NCBI GenBank assembly: GCA_041191145.1
Contig: JBEEPK010000008.1
Coordinates: 1 to 59,943 of the forward strand
From: Bacteroidota bacterium
Lineage (GTDB): Bacteria; Bacteroidota; Ignavibacteria; Kapaibacteriales; UBA961
Direction: 5' to 3'
DNA length: 59,943 nt
Position numbers and translations under genes: made by a program. The notes below the pieces were generated by a model that made no database searches, was not told where the DNA came from, and saw only the letters and a list, made by a program, of their open reading frames with translations. Shown here piece by piece: positions 42,076-50,797 of the stretch (its first letter is position 1; every line of letters starts with the position of its first letter).

Positions 42076-43869
42076 TTAGAAATTGAACAACATCTGTAAT
42101 GATGGCTGTACAATTGTTTGCTCTTCCCATGGCTTAGGATCGCGTAAAGCAACCTGAAAATATTGTGCCATAATTCTTAAATCGAAACCATTAACAACTG
42201 GAACCTGTGCCCATACATCTCCGGAAATAGATCCATCGAAGAATTGCATGGAAGCTCCCCAGGGTACAGTGCGTGATCTATTCATGAATTCAATGCGTCC
42301 TGAGAGACCTGCAACAACTTCTGAACCCTGAAGACCATTCATTGCAGCAATCTTCAATTGATCGAAACGATTCAATGTTGAGAGATCATCATATGAATAT
42401 TGATCGATCTGACGATTCTTCTTCTCATAAATAGGACGGCCATTTTCATCATTGCCATTTTGCTGTTCTAATTCAGCAAAGCGCTGAATGACATACATTG
42501 TCGCGCCAAGTTTGAAGCGGAAGAATGCGGTTCTATCAATGTCAACGGCAAATGAATAATGTGCTTGTGCATGGAAACGAGGTAAATAGCTCAAGTCAAG
42601 TGAACGATATGAAGCTGAGTCTGATTGACCGCTTGTATTACGACCGGCAAACATGAATTGTGTCGAAACGGGATTAGTTGCCGCTGGACCAAATACATAG
42701 CTACCATTGAAGTTAAACACTCCGCCTTGATTCACAAGCTTGATCGGGAAATCCAATGATCCATAAATTCCGAGACCAGCATGTGTCAATTTACGCTGAG
42801 CGCTAAACACATCTGTTGCAAGTGATGACCAACCGTTTGTTGGAAGAACAATACCAAACTTATTGGATTGCCACATCACATTAAGGGTCATGCGCTCGCT
42901 CCATAAAGAAGGATAGTTAATCTCTGGCATGCCATAGCGCAATTCAACTCCATAGAGAGGTAGATTCTTATTATAAATTCTTTTTACGGAAGAATCACCT
43001 TCTGCCTCATCCGGAATGAGATTTCCCTCTTCATCAAATTCATCCAATTTTCCATAATGGCGGAAGCGAATCAAATCGAATAAACCGATTGTCAATTCAT
43101 TTGGTGAATCATATTCTTGGGGCTGTCCATCAGTAATGCGAAGATATTGTTGAATATCATCTTCATTGATTGGATAGGTTGTACCATATTTCTGTGGAAG
43201 AAATGTTGCATCCTCACCAATGCCTTGTGCTTCTGCAGTTACATTTTCAGCATCATTTTGAAGAATCTTTCTTTCAAGATATTCATATAATGTCTTTGCA
43301 ATTCCTAAAGTGTCGGGCGAACCTACTCTTTGTAAATCATTTGCAAGAAAGATGCCCTTTGGAGGATCGATATTTTCATCAATCTTGGACACCATTTCTT
43401 TATTACCGGAAGTCAATAAACCGATAATCTCAAATGGCTCTCCAGTGCGAAATCGAGTTGTAACGATATATGCACGGCTGAACAATTCATCTTGCCACTT
43501 TGTATAAAGACGATAGTACTTTTCATATTCTCTATCATCATTATTCATGTTCCCGCCACCATTTGTCTTCAAATAGCCGGCAACATCAACTTCGCCTTCA
43601 TCGATGGCTTCCTGAACTTGATCTTTCTTCTTTGATCTATTGGCAGCAGCATTCATCTTGGGTTCTGGAACACCCAATAATGGATTGATGGCTGAAACTG
43701 TTCCATCATCCACTTGGAATAGGAACACATTTGAGTATCGATAACTCTTGAATTTTCCGAGGATTGATCGGATCTGTGCAGTTTGCTGCGATTGCAACTG
43801 AACTGCAGTGATGACCAACATAAACAGTAAGGGAAGTACTGTCATAGGTCTAACAAATCTTGAACTCAT
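42076..43869 (-). CDS. Hypothetical secreted protein, predicted outer-membrane beta-barrel
   Basis: Signal peptide; amphipathic strands; C-terminal LQMLFNF beta-signal. Confidence 0.62.
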   Translation of the reverse strand: MSSRFVRPMTVLPLLFMLVITAVQLQSQQTAQIRSILGKFKSYRYSNVFLFQVDDGTVSAINPLLGVPEPKMNAAANRSKKKDQVQEAIDEGEVDVAGYLKTNGGGNMNNDDREYEKYYRLYTKWQDELFSRAYIVTTRFRTGEPFEIIGLLTSGNKEMVSKIDENIDPPKGIFLANDLQRVGSPDTLGIAKTLYEYLERKILQNDAENVTAEAQGIGEDATFLPQKYGTTYPINEDDIQQYLRITDGQPQEYDSPNELTIGLFDLIRFRHYGKLDEFDEEGNLIPDEAEGDSSVKRIYNKNLPLYGVELRYGMPEINYPSLWSERMTLNVMWQSNKFGIVLPTNGWSSLATDVFSAQRKLTHAGLGIYGSLDFPIKLVNQGGVFNFNGSYVFGPAATNPVSTQFMFAGRNTSGQSDSASYRSLDLSYLPRFHAQAHYSFAVDIDRTAFFRFKLGATMYVIQRFAELEQQNGNDENGRPIYEKKNRQIDQYSYDDLSTLNRFDQLKIAAMNGLQGSEVVAGLSGRIEFMNRSRTVPWGASMQFFDGSISGDVWAQVPVVNGFDLRIMAQYFQVALRDPKPWEEQTIVQPSLQMLFNF

Positions 43870-43913
43870 TATCTGCTTTCTCCGGGATTACGTGGGGGAT
43901 AGCATGAAAAAAA

Positions 43914-46115
43914 TTAAAATACAATATTGAACTTGCAAGACTTCGTTGCTTCAGGAGATGTTTCTCCATTTGGCAACTGAGCAGCAGCCTTTGCAGTTAT
44001 TTTGATGGATCCACCTGTACCTCTTGGAACAGGAATCTTGCCATCGAGTTTATAACTTTGTGTCCATTTGCCGGCTGATAGTTTCGGTTCACCAACAGGA
44101 ACAACTTTATAGCCTTTCACATTTTGTTCCTTCAATTCAAATTTCACACCTTTGATAGTTGGGGTGATATCTGGATATGAAGGTGCTTTTATCTCAACAT
44201 TCACAAAGAATACAGGGGTTTTAGCATCTGTGATTCGGGATGCATCTCCACAAACAATACGAGGACGCTTTGGACCTGGTTGTGTCTCAACAGCATTCGA
44301 TCCGTCTGTTGGGAAAATTTGAACTTGGATGGCTTGATCCTTTGGATCTTGCCATACAATCCTCACACTAACTTTGTCTGCATCTAGTGGGACATTATAA
44401 CCATCATTCGAACCAACTTGCAAGCCTATCACGGGTGATTTCTTGGCAGTTCCTTCAATGATTGTTCTAAACTGGCTTCCTGGTATTGTGCTTCCTGAAG
44501 TGGGTACAGCAGTAAATTCAAGAGCATCACCCTTGGATAGGGATTTCACCAATCCTGTGATTTCCTCTTCATTCCGAACATCTTGTCCGTCTTCTGTTTT
44601 GACAGTTGCTAATCCTGTAGAGAAAACTTTAAGGTTCAATTCTTCCACAACAGTTTTACCTGCAGAGGCAAGTGATGCCGTCATTTTATATTCACCAGGA
44701 GCAAGATCTCTGTTTACTTCAACTTTATAACGACCTGCTTTTCCATTTCCACTCGTTGGACCTACTTTGGTGATTGTCACACCTGAGTTTGAACCATTGA
44801 ATTGAATAGATGGAGTTGCTTTGTCATAAAGATTTGCAACAAATGTTGCGACATATTTTCCAGCTTTGTCAAATGAGTAGATCTGACCATTGTCATCCCA
44901 TGTGATGATGGGATCTTCTTGTTCGATCTCAGGTTGCTGAACAAAAATATCAATCTCGATACTACCTTTGTTCTGATCGAATGTGGTGTATCTACCGGGT
45001 GACAACAACTTTGCGATATATCCAAATAAGTCAATGCGGCTTGCACTCTGACTGGATTTTTCACCATCGCCACTTTTCGTGACTTTTTCTTTTGCTTTTT
45101 CTAATCCATCATTGAATTTGTCTACGTCAAGTGTACCATTCGCAAATGCATCTGCAGAAGGAATTCCGGTACCTGCCAATTGCTCAGCCAACTGGCGCTG
45201 AACACTTTTCAAATCTTTCACCTTCAATTGAACCGTACCAATATTCACCTTCTGATCATCCTTCAATGAATTGAATTTTTGATCAGCGGAAATACCCATG
45301 ATACGATTAGTCTGAGAACTAAAACGAAGCTTATACCAACCAGGTTTGCTCGGTGGTTGGAAATTACATACAAATGCACGCTTCGTAAGTTTTTGATTGT
45401 TTGATGTACGAAGTCTTTCAGTCTTTTCTACGGAATAGCCAAATATGCGATTGACTCTTGCAGAATCCGGAGGTGCAAATTGGACGATGTCACCGGTTTT
45501 AACAGTTGCCTCTGAGTAAACGGGTTCTTTATAATCCTTCATTGAACTCGTATTCAATTCCAATTTACGCGTTGCCTGCAATTCCCAAGATTCAGGTGAT
45601 GTGGCATTTGGTGGATTCGCAAGCTTCATCCCGGCTTGGGGCGATGACTGAACTTTTTTAAATTCAGAAGGTGCAGGTGATGGGGGAACATCGACCTCTT
45701 TGCTTGGATTATAATACACCTCATATTGAAGCTCCTGCACATTGGCGAGCTTCTTCAATGTTTCAATTTTCTCTTTCTTTTGCGCATCATCCATTCCTTC
45801 CATATTCAATGCTGAAGCAACATCTGTCACACCAACTTCGATATAATATGTACGGAATTTCTTGAAGAACTTCTGCTGTTCAGCCGGGAGCTTTTCAGAT
45901 AGAACAATGGCATCCTGAGGTCTTGTATTAATCCCCTCGGTTCCTGCACCTGACTGCAATTGAGTCAAAATGCTTTCCACGATGCGCATGGATTCCTGCT
46001 GTTTCTTCATCAAATGCTCCTCAGCTTCATCGCGTTCAACGATGATGATGAGAAGTTCGAGAATAACTGCAAGATAGAGAACGAAATAAACCTTGCCGGC
46101 GCCGCCTTTTGACAT
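43914..46115 (-). CDS. Single-pass inner-membrane protein with a large periplasmic region, GldM/PorM-like
   Basis: MSKGGAGKVYFVLYLAVILELLIIIVERD N-terminal TM, then a helical segment and multiple beta-rich Ig-like modules. Confidence 0.5.
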   Translation of the reverse strand: MSKGGAGKVYFVLYLAVILELLIIIVERDEAEEHLMKKQQESMRIVESILTQLQSGAGTEGINTRPQDAIVLSEKLPAEQQKFFKKFRTYYIEVGVTDVASALNMEGMDDAQKKEKIETLKKLANVQELQYEVYYNPSKEVDVPPSPAPSEFKKVQSSPQAGMKLANPPNATSPESWELQATRKLELNTSSMKDYKEPVYSEATVKTGDIVQFAPPDSARVNRIFGYSVEKTERLRTSNNQKLTKRAFVCNFQPPSKPGWYKLRFSSQTNRIMGISADQKFNSLKDDQKVNIGTVQLKVKDLKSVQRQLAEQLAGTGIPSADAFANGTLDVDKFNDGLEKAKEKVTKSGDGEKSSQSASRIDLFGYIAKLLSPGRYTTFDQNKGSIEIDIFVQQPEIEQEDPIITWDDNGQIYSFDKAGKYVATFVANLYDKATPSIQFNGSNSGVTITKVGPTSGNGKAGRYKVEVNRDLAPGEYKMTASLASAGKTVVEELNLKVFSTGLATVKTEDGQDVRNEEEITGLVKSLSKGDALEFTAVPTSGSTIPGSQFRTIIEGTAKKSPVIGLQVGSNDGYNVPLDADKVSVRIVWQDPKDQAIQVQIFPTDGSNAVETQPGPKRPRIVCGDASRITDAKTPVFFVNVEIKAPSYPDITPTIKGVKFELKEQNVKGYKVVPVGEPKLSAGKWTQSYKLDGKIPVPRGTGGSIKITAKAAAQLPNGETSPEATKSCKFNIVF

Positions 46116-46210
46116 ATCTTGACTCCGCTTGAAGACCTAAGACAGTAATGCAATGTGGACTAATGCAAAATCTGCATTAAATCCATGTTTTATTGTAATT
46201 ATTGATATCA

Positions 46211-46238
46211 TAAGCCTTGTGAAAAATCACAAGGCTTA
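46211..46238. terminator. Perfect 12-bp hairpin upstream of the GldM-like gene
   Basis: TAAGCCTTGTGA-aaaa-TCACAAGGCTTA. Confidence 0.55.
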
Positions 46239-46249
46239 CCTATTTCATT

Positions 46250-46606
46250 CCACGGATTAATCTGTGGTTTGGACGCGTAGTTCGGACTGTGGTCTGAGCC
46301 TACCGAGCCCGACATATGTACCACGGATGACCTGTGCACAGCACCTGAACTATGAACCACGGATGACCTGTGTACCACGGATAAATCCGTGGTTTGTATA
46401 CTCGTGGTATGGGCCGTGGTCTGAGCCTACCGCGGATGACCTGTGTACCACGGATAAATCCGTGGTTTGTATACTCGTGGTCTGGGCCGCTCGTGGTTTT
46501 GCCCATGGATTAATCCATGGGTTATTAGCTCAGTGTTTTGCCCATGGATTAATCCATGGGTTATTAGCTCAGTGTTTTGCCCATGGATTAATCCATGAGT
46601 TATTAG
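46250..46606. repeat. Composite REP-like array: CCACGGATWAATCYGTGG palindromes plus three 39-bp tandem units containing CCCATGGATTAATCCATGGG
   Basis: Palindromes at about 46250, 46375, 46448, 46502, 46541 and 46580, plus half-sites CCACGGATGACCTGTG. Confidence 0.88.
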
Positions 46607-46836
46607 TTTTTAGGAGCTACTTCTTTTTTTGCATTGTCTGCAGAAGTTTTTGAGCAATTGTCGCCTTTGGCTTCTTTAGAGCTCATTTTCTTCTTGCAGC
46701 ATGCCATACCGTCTTCTTTGGATGCTTCTTTTGAGCATTCTGCTTTTGTCTTTGTTCCGCAGTCTGCTGTCATCATTACAGGAGCAGCAATGAATGCGCT
46801 CAAAACAAATGCCATGATCATGTTTTTCGATTTCAT
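46603..46836 (-). CDS. Small secreted Cys/Lys-rich protein
   Basis: MKSKNMIMAFVLSAFIAAPVMMTA signal peptide; 5 Cys in a roughly 53-aa mature part. Confidence 0.65.
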   Translation of the reverse strand: MKSKNMIMAFVLSAFIAAPVMMTADCGTKTKAECSKEASKEDGMACCKKKMSSKEAKGDNCSKTSADNAKKEVAPKN

Positions 46837-46857
46837 GGTACACTCCATAGTATTAAG

Positions 46858-47128
46858 TGTGGATAATTTCATCAAATGAACAAAGGGTTCTTTGTCACCG
46901 AAACGCAATATATTGATTAACAACCCTATGGACAAAGAATTTTTCCATTGTTTGGGGTTTATATTTCCCCTTGTACATAGTTAGACAATGTATAACCTAA
47001 ATTCCTGACCATGATTTCACAAAAAGTTATCAACATCAATTAATTCCTTGAAAGTACTGATTCTAGGAGATTTTCCACATAATTCCATACTTTTGCAGGC
47101 AATAACCACTGTGAATAAGTTATCCACA
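46858..47128. promoter_or_regulatory. DnaA-box cluster, candidate oriC
   Basis: TGTGGATAA 46858, TTATCAACA 47027, TTTTCCACA 47071, TGTGAATAA 47110, TTATCCACA 47120 in an AT-rich intergenic region. Confidence 0.65.
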
Positions 47129-47140
47129 TTTGTACATTCC

Positions 47141-48271
47141 ATGATATATTTAGATAATTCAGCCACTACTCAAATTGATGAAGAAATTTTAGAGGCAATG
47201 TTGCCTTGGATGAAAGGAAATTTTGGCAATGCTTCATCAGCTTATGGTTTAGGTAGACAAGCAAGAGTAGCAATTGAAGAAGCAAGAGAAGAAATTGCTT
47301 CCTCAATCAATGCTCATCCGGCAGAAATTATCTTCACAAGCGGTGGCACTGAATCAAATAATGCCATCCTAAAAAGTGTATGCATCGAATCCGATCTGGT
47401 GGATTCTCTCCTCATCTCTTCAATAGAACATCATGCCGTCGAATATCCTGCGGAATGGCTTAAAAGCCAAGGGTTTAGCACCGCCATTGCTCCTGTGGAT
47501 ACTTTGGGAAGAGTACTTCCCGATTGGCAAAAACTCATGCCAAGCGCACGATGTTTGGTCAGTTTTATGCATGCTAATAATGAAATTGGGACAATTCAAG
47601 ATATCGCTTCAGTACAATCACTTCTTCCGGAAACCTCATATGTTCACTCAGATGCAGTTCAGAGTTATGGGAAGATTCCGATCGATATCGATGAAATGCA
47701 TGTTGATTTTTTGTCCATGTCTGCCCACAAAATCCATGGTCCCAAAGGAATTGGCGCCATGTTCATCCGCAAAGGCATTGATTTTAAGTCGCATCAACAA
47801 GGCGGTGGACAAGAAAGAAATCGTCGGGCAGGTACAGAATCACCAGCTCTCATCGTGGGTTTTCAAATGGCAGCTAGAAAGGCGATGAACAACATGGAAG
47901 CTCGAGATAAACATATGCGCGCTTTGCAATCACAGATGCGGTCTATGATTTCTCAGCATATCCCACAGGCGAGAATCAATACTCCCATGGATGATGCCAT
48001 CACATTGCCAAGCATTCTTAATATCTCTTTCTCAAAGATTTCTGATGGAGAATCCATTCTTCAATTGATGGATATGGTCGGTATTGCTGTTTCAAATGGC
48101 TCGGCTTGCGTTTCAGGAAGCCAGCAACCTTCGCATGTACTTCAAGCAATTGGACTTAGCGACAAAGAAGCAAAAGCGGCAGTTCGTTTTTCTTTTTGTA
48201 AAGATAATACAATCGAAGAAGTTGAAATGGCCGTGATGCAACTGAAAACTATCATTGATTCGATGTCTTAA
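47141..48271 (+). CDS. Cysteine desulfurase (IscS/NifS type)
   Basis: MIYLDNSATT, FTSGGTESNN, SAHKIHGPKG, SNGSAC. TACTTTTG promoter element at 47088. Confidence 0.93.
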   Translation: MIYLDNSATTQIDEEILEAMLPWMKGNFGNASSAYGLGRQARVAIEEAREEIASSINAHPAEIIFTSGGTESNNAILKSVCIESDLVDSLLISSIEHHAVEYPAEWLKSQGFSTAIAPVDTLGRVLPDWQKLMPSARCLVSFMHANNEIGTIQDIASVQSLLPETSYVHSDAVQSYGKIPIDIDEMHVDFLSMSAHKIHGPKGIGAMFIRKGIDFKSHQQGGGQERNRRAGTESPALIVGFQMAARKAMNNMEARDKHMRALQSQMRSMISQHIPQARINTPMDDAITLPSILNISFSKISDGESILQLMDMVGIAVSNGSACVSGSQQPSHVLQAIGLSDKEAKAAVRFSFCKDNTIEEVEMAVMQLKTIIDSMS

Positions 48272-48797
48272 CGGACTTCTTCCCAACTTTGAGCCATTGT
48301 TTCATCTTTTCATATTTTTTCTCGCCAATCCCCTTCACATTCATGATGTCTTCAATAGTCATGAATGCTTGCTCTTTTCTATATTCCATAATCTTCTCTG
48401 CAGTGGAGGGACCAATACCGGGTATATTCATCAAAGCTGATTTAGAGGCAGTATTTAAATCAATGATTGCTGGAGTTTTTGCTTCTTTCTTTGGAAATTG
48501 AACACCTATATCTTTATCCAATAATGAAGGCATGGAGTCATGAATCATGCTGCCCGCCAGCACTGAATCAACTCTTGCATCTTCAGCTTTGAGAATGCTA
48601 TCAATGATGTGATTTGCCCTTTGAATTCCCTCTTGCGTCCTCAATCCGGCAAGTGAAATTGTACCCGTTCTTCGCACAATCATACCGGTTATTCCACCAC
48701 ACAGAAAGATCAAGAGAATGATTACTTCCTGTTTTGTAAAACCAAATGCTGTTTGCAAGAACAAATGAAATTGTTCTTTTCTTGATAACTTCTGCAT
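48252..48797 (-). CDS. ComEA-like helix-hairpin-helix DNA-binding membrane protein
   Basis: N-terminal TM; IDLNTAS, IPGIGPSTA, VKGIGEK. Confidence 0.88.
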   Translation of the reverse strand: MQKLSRKEQFHLFLQTAFGFTKQEVIILLIFLCGGITGMIVRRTGTISLAGLRTQEGIQRANHIIDSILKAEDARVDSVLAGSMIHDSMPSLLDKDIGVQFPKKEAKTPAIIDLNTASKSALMNIPGIGPSTAEKIMEYRKEQAFMTIEDIMNVKGIGEKKYEKMKQWLKVGKKSVKTSNQ

Positions 48798-48825
48798 GTA
48801 ATTTCCCCTGAATCAACAATTTAAT

Positions 48826-50010
48826 TTACCCTGAAAATGCTCCCTTCATTTTATCGAAAAACGCCGATTTCTTTACTGATTCTGAATGATCATCGCCAAA
48901 ATCTCTCACAGGATTGATGTGATCAGACAGTGCAAGATCCTTGAGCATCTTCTTCTCTTCTGAATTCAGAGAAGTTGGAACATGCACATTGACATGAACA
49001 TGTTGATGTCCTCTTCCACTCGACTGCAAATGTTTGATGCCTTTTTCTCGAAGTGTAATCACTGTACCGGGTTGGGTACCTGCTCTGATGCTAATTTCTT
49101 CAAACCCATAGAGTGTTGGCACTTCAACTTTAGCTCCTAGTGCTGCTTCCGGATAGCTCACCACCAATTCAAAGAGTATGTCATCTTGTTCACGAATAAA
49201 ATGCGAATGTTCTTTTTCTTCAATCATGATCAGCACATCACCTGCATCGCCACCTCTTCTGCCGGCATTGCCTCTACCTCGCAGAGGGATATAATTACCT
49301 TCACTCACGCCAGCGGGAACATCAACGGTTTCAGTGCTTTCACCCGCAATTCTACCTTCGCCATTGCAAGTATTGCATAAATCCTTAATGATTTTACCTG
49401 AGCCAGAACAATTTGCACAAGGAGCTATATTCACGAATTGACCAAACATTGAGCGTGAGATTTGTCTGACCTCGCCTGCACCATTACATGCCGAACATGT
49501 GGTATATCCGGATCCACCCTTTGCACCCGTTCCGGAACATGTTTCACAAGTACAGAATTTCTTGATTTTCAGAGTCTTTGATACACCTTTTGCAATTTCT
49601 TCTAGTGTCAATTGCATGCGAACACGCATGTCTTGTCCGGGTTGTCCCATGGAAGGTGATCTTCTTTGCTGTCCCCCACCGAAAAATTCATCGAATATGG
49701 ACCCACCTGCGGCCCCACCAAAGAATTGATTAAATACACTGAACACATCATTCATATTTTGTGATGAGTGGAAGTCTTGTCCACTCTTCATTCCATCATG
49801 ACCAAAACGATCATATCGAGCGCGTTTATTGTCATCGCTCAATACCTCAAATGCCTCGGTGGCTTCTTTGAATTTATCTTCCGCTTCTTTATTGTCCGGA
49901 TTGCGATCAGGATGATATTGCAGTGCAAGTTTGCGATATGCCGACTTAATTTCATCAGCTCCTGCTTGCTTGCCTAATCCAAGCACTTCATAATAATCTC
50001 TTTTGCTCAT
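48826..50010 (-). CDS. dnaJ: Chaperone DnaJ
   Basis: HPD motif, G/F region, four CxxCxGxG repeats. Confidence 0.98.
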   Translation of the reverse strand: MSKRDYYEVLGLGKQAGADEIKSAYRKLALQYHPDRNPDNKEAEDKFKEATEAFEVLSDDNKRARYDRFGHDGMKSGQDFHSSQNMNDVFSVFNQFFGGAAGGSIFDEFFGGGQQRRSPSMGQPGQDMRVRMQLTLEEIAKGVSKTLKIKKFCTCETCSGTGAKGGSGYTTCSACNGAGEVRQISRSMFGQFVNIAPCANCSGSGKIIKDLCNTCNGEGRIAGESTETVDVPAGVSEGNYIPLRGRGNAGRRGGDAGDVLIMIEEKEHSHFIREQDDILFELVVSYPEAALGAKVEVPTLYGFEEISIRAGTQPGTVITLREKGIKHLQSSGRGHQHVHVNVHVPTSLNSEEKKMLKDLALSDHINPVRDFGDDHSESVKKSAFFDKMKGAFSG

Positions 50011-50027
50011 GTTGGTCTTCTATATGA

Positions 50028-50567
50028 TTATTCGGGATTACCCGCTGATGTGACAACTTTCGTGTGGCGGATCACTTTTTCACGCAACTTATATCCGCGC
50101 TGTATTTCCTGAAGAACATGTCCTTCCGGTGCATCATTAGATGGCATATGTGCCAAAGCTTCATGCATTTCAACATTAAATGGTTCACCGGGAGCTGTTT
50201 CAATCGGAAATACACCGGCATCTTCAAAAATCTTGATTGCTTTGGTGTAAATCATTTCAACGCCTTTCAAAAAGCCCGCAGAATCAGAAGATTTTTTAGC
50301 AGCTTCCAATGCAGTATGTAAATCATCAACAACAGGAAGCATTTTTATGATCAAATGCTCATTGGCAAATTCAATCAAGTCCTGCTTTTCTTTCATTGTT
50401 CTTCTGCGATAATTCTCGAATTCCGCAGATTTTCTCAGCAATTGATCCCGAAAATCATCTCTTTCTTGCTCCACTCTTTCGATATCACTCAATTCATCAC
50501 CTGAATATTCCATGGATTCCTCATTGATGGATTGCTGCTCCATTTCTTCATCATGTTCTTGATTCAT
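50028..50567 (-). CDS. grpE: Nucleotide exchange factor GrpE
   Basis: AEFENYRRR, LPVVDD, FNVEMHEA, GYKL. Confidence 0.97.
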   Translation of the reverse strand: MNQEHDEEMEQQSINEESMEYSGDELSDIERVEQERDDFRDQLLRKSAEFENYRRRTMKEKQDLIEFANEHLIIKMLPVVDDLHTALEAAKKSSDSAGFLKGVEMIYTKAIKIFEDAGVFPIETAPGEPFNVEMHEALAHMPSNDAPEGHVLQEIQRGYKLREKVIRHTKVVTSAGNPE

Positions 50568-50610
50568 TGTTTTATACCTCTGTATTAACTCTCTTTTGGC
50601 TTTTTTTCAA

Positions 50611-50743
50611 CAAATTTACGCTTATTTATGTCTAAAAACAGGCCGAATTGACGATAATTTTCATCATTCATTTTATTTCGGTGGCTTTTTCCGAGATTTC
50701 ATTTGGATATTGGACTTTCATTGTCGAATTTTAAGTAAATTTG
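50611..50743. promoter_or_regulatory. Divergent TAAATTTG elements: 50611-50618 (-) for grpE and 50736-50743 (+) for RNase E/G
   Basis: TAnnTTTG consensus on each strand; no CIRCE seen. Confidence 0.5.
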
Positions 50744-50797
50744 CCATAGACAATAATGTCTCAGGCAATTGCCATAATGGGCACTAGAAAGGAATGA

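Noticed and set aside
46497-46606. CRISPR array
   Set aside because: The spacers between palindromes are identical and only about 19 bp; no cas genes or leader. This is a tandem REP-like repeat.
38280-46606. Integrative element bounded by the recombinase
   Set aside because: No tRNA target, flanking direct repeats or mobility genes were seen, and the recombinase looks degenerate.
46264-46653. 129-aa ORF with repeated AHGLIHG motifs
   Set aside because: It is only the translation of the palindromic DNA repeats.
50568-50797. CIRCE element upstream of grpE-dnaJ
   Set aside because: No TTAGCACTC-N9-GAGTGCTAA inverted repeat found.
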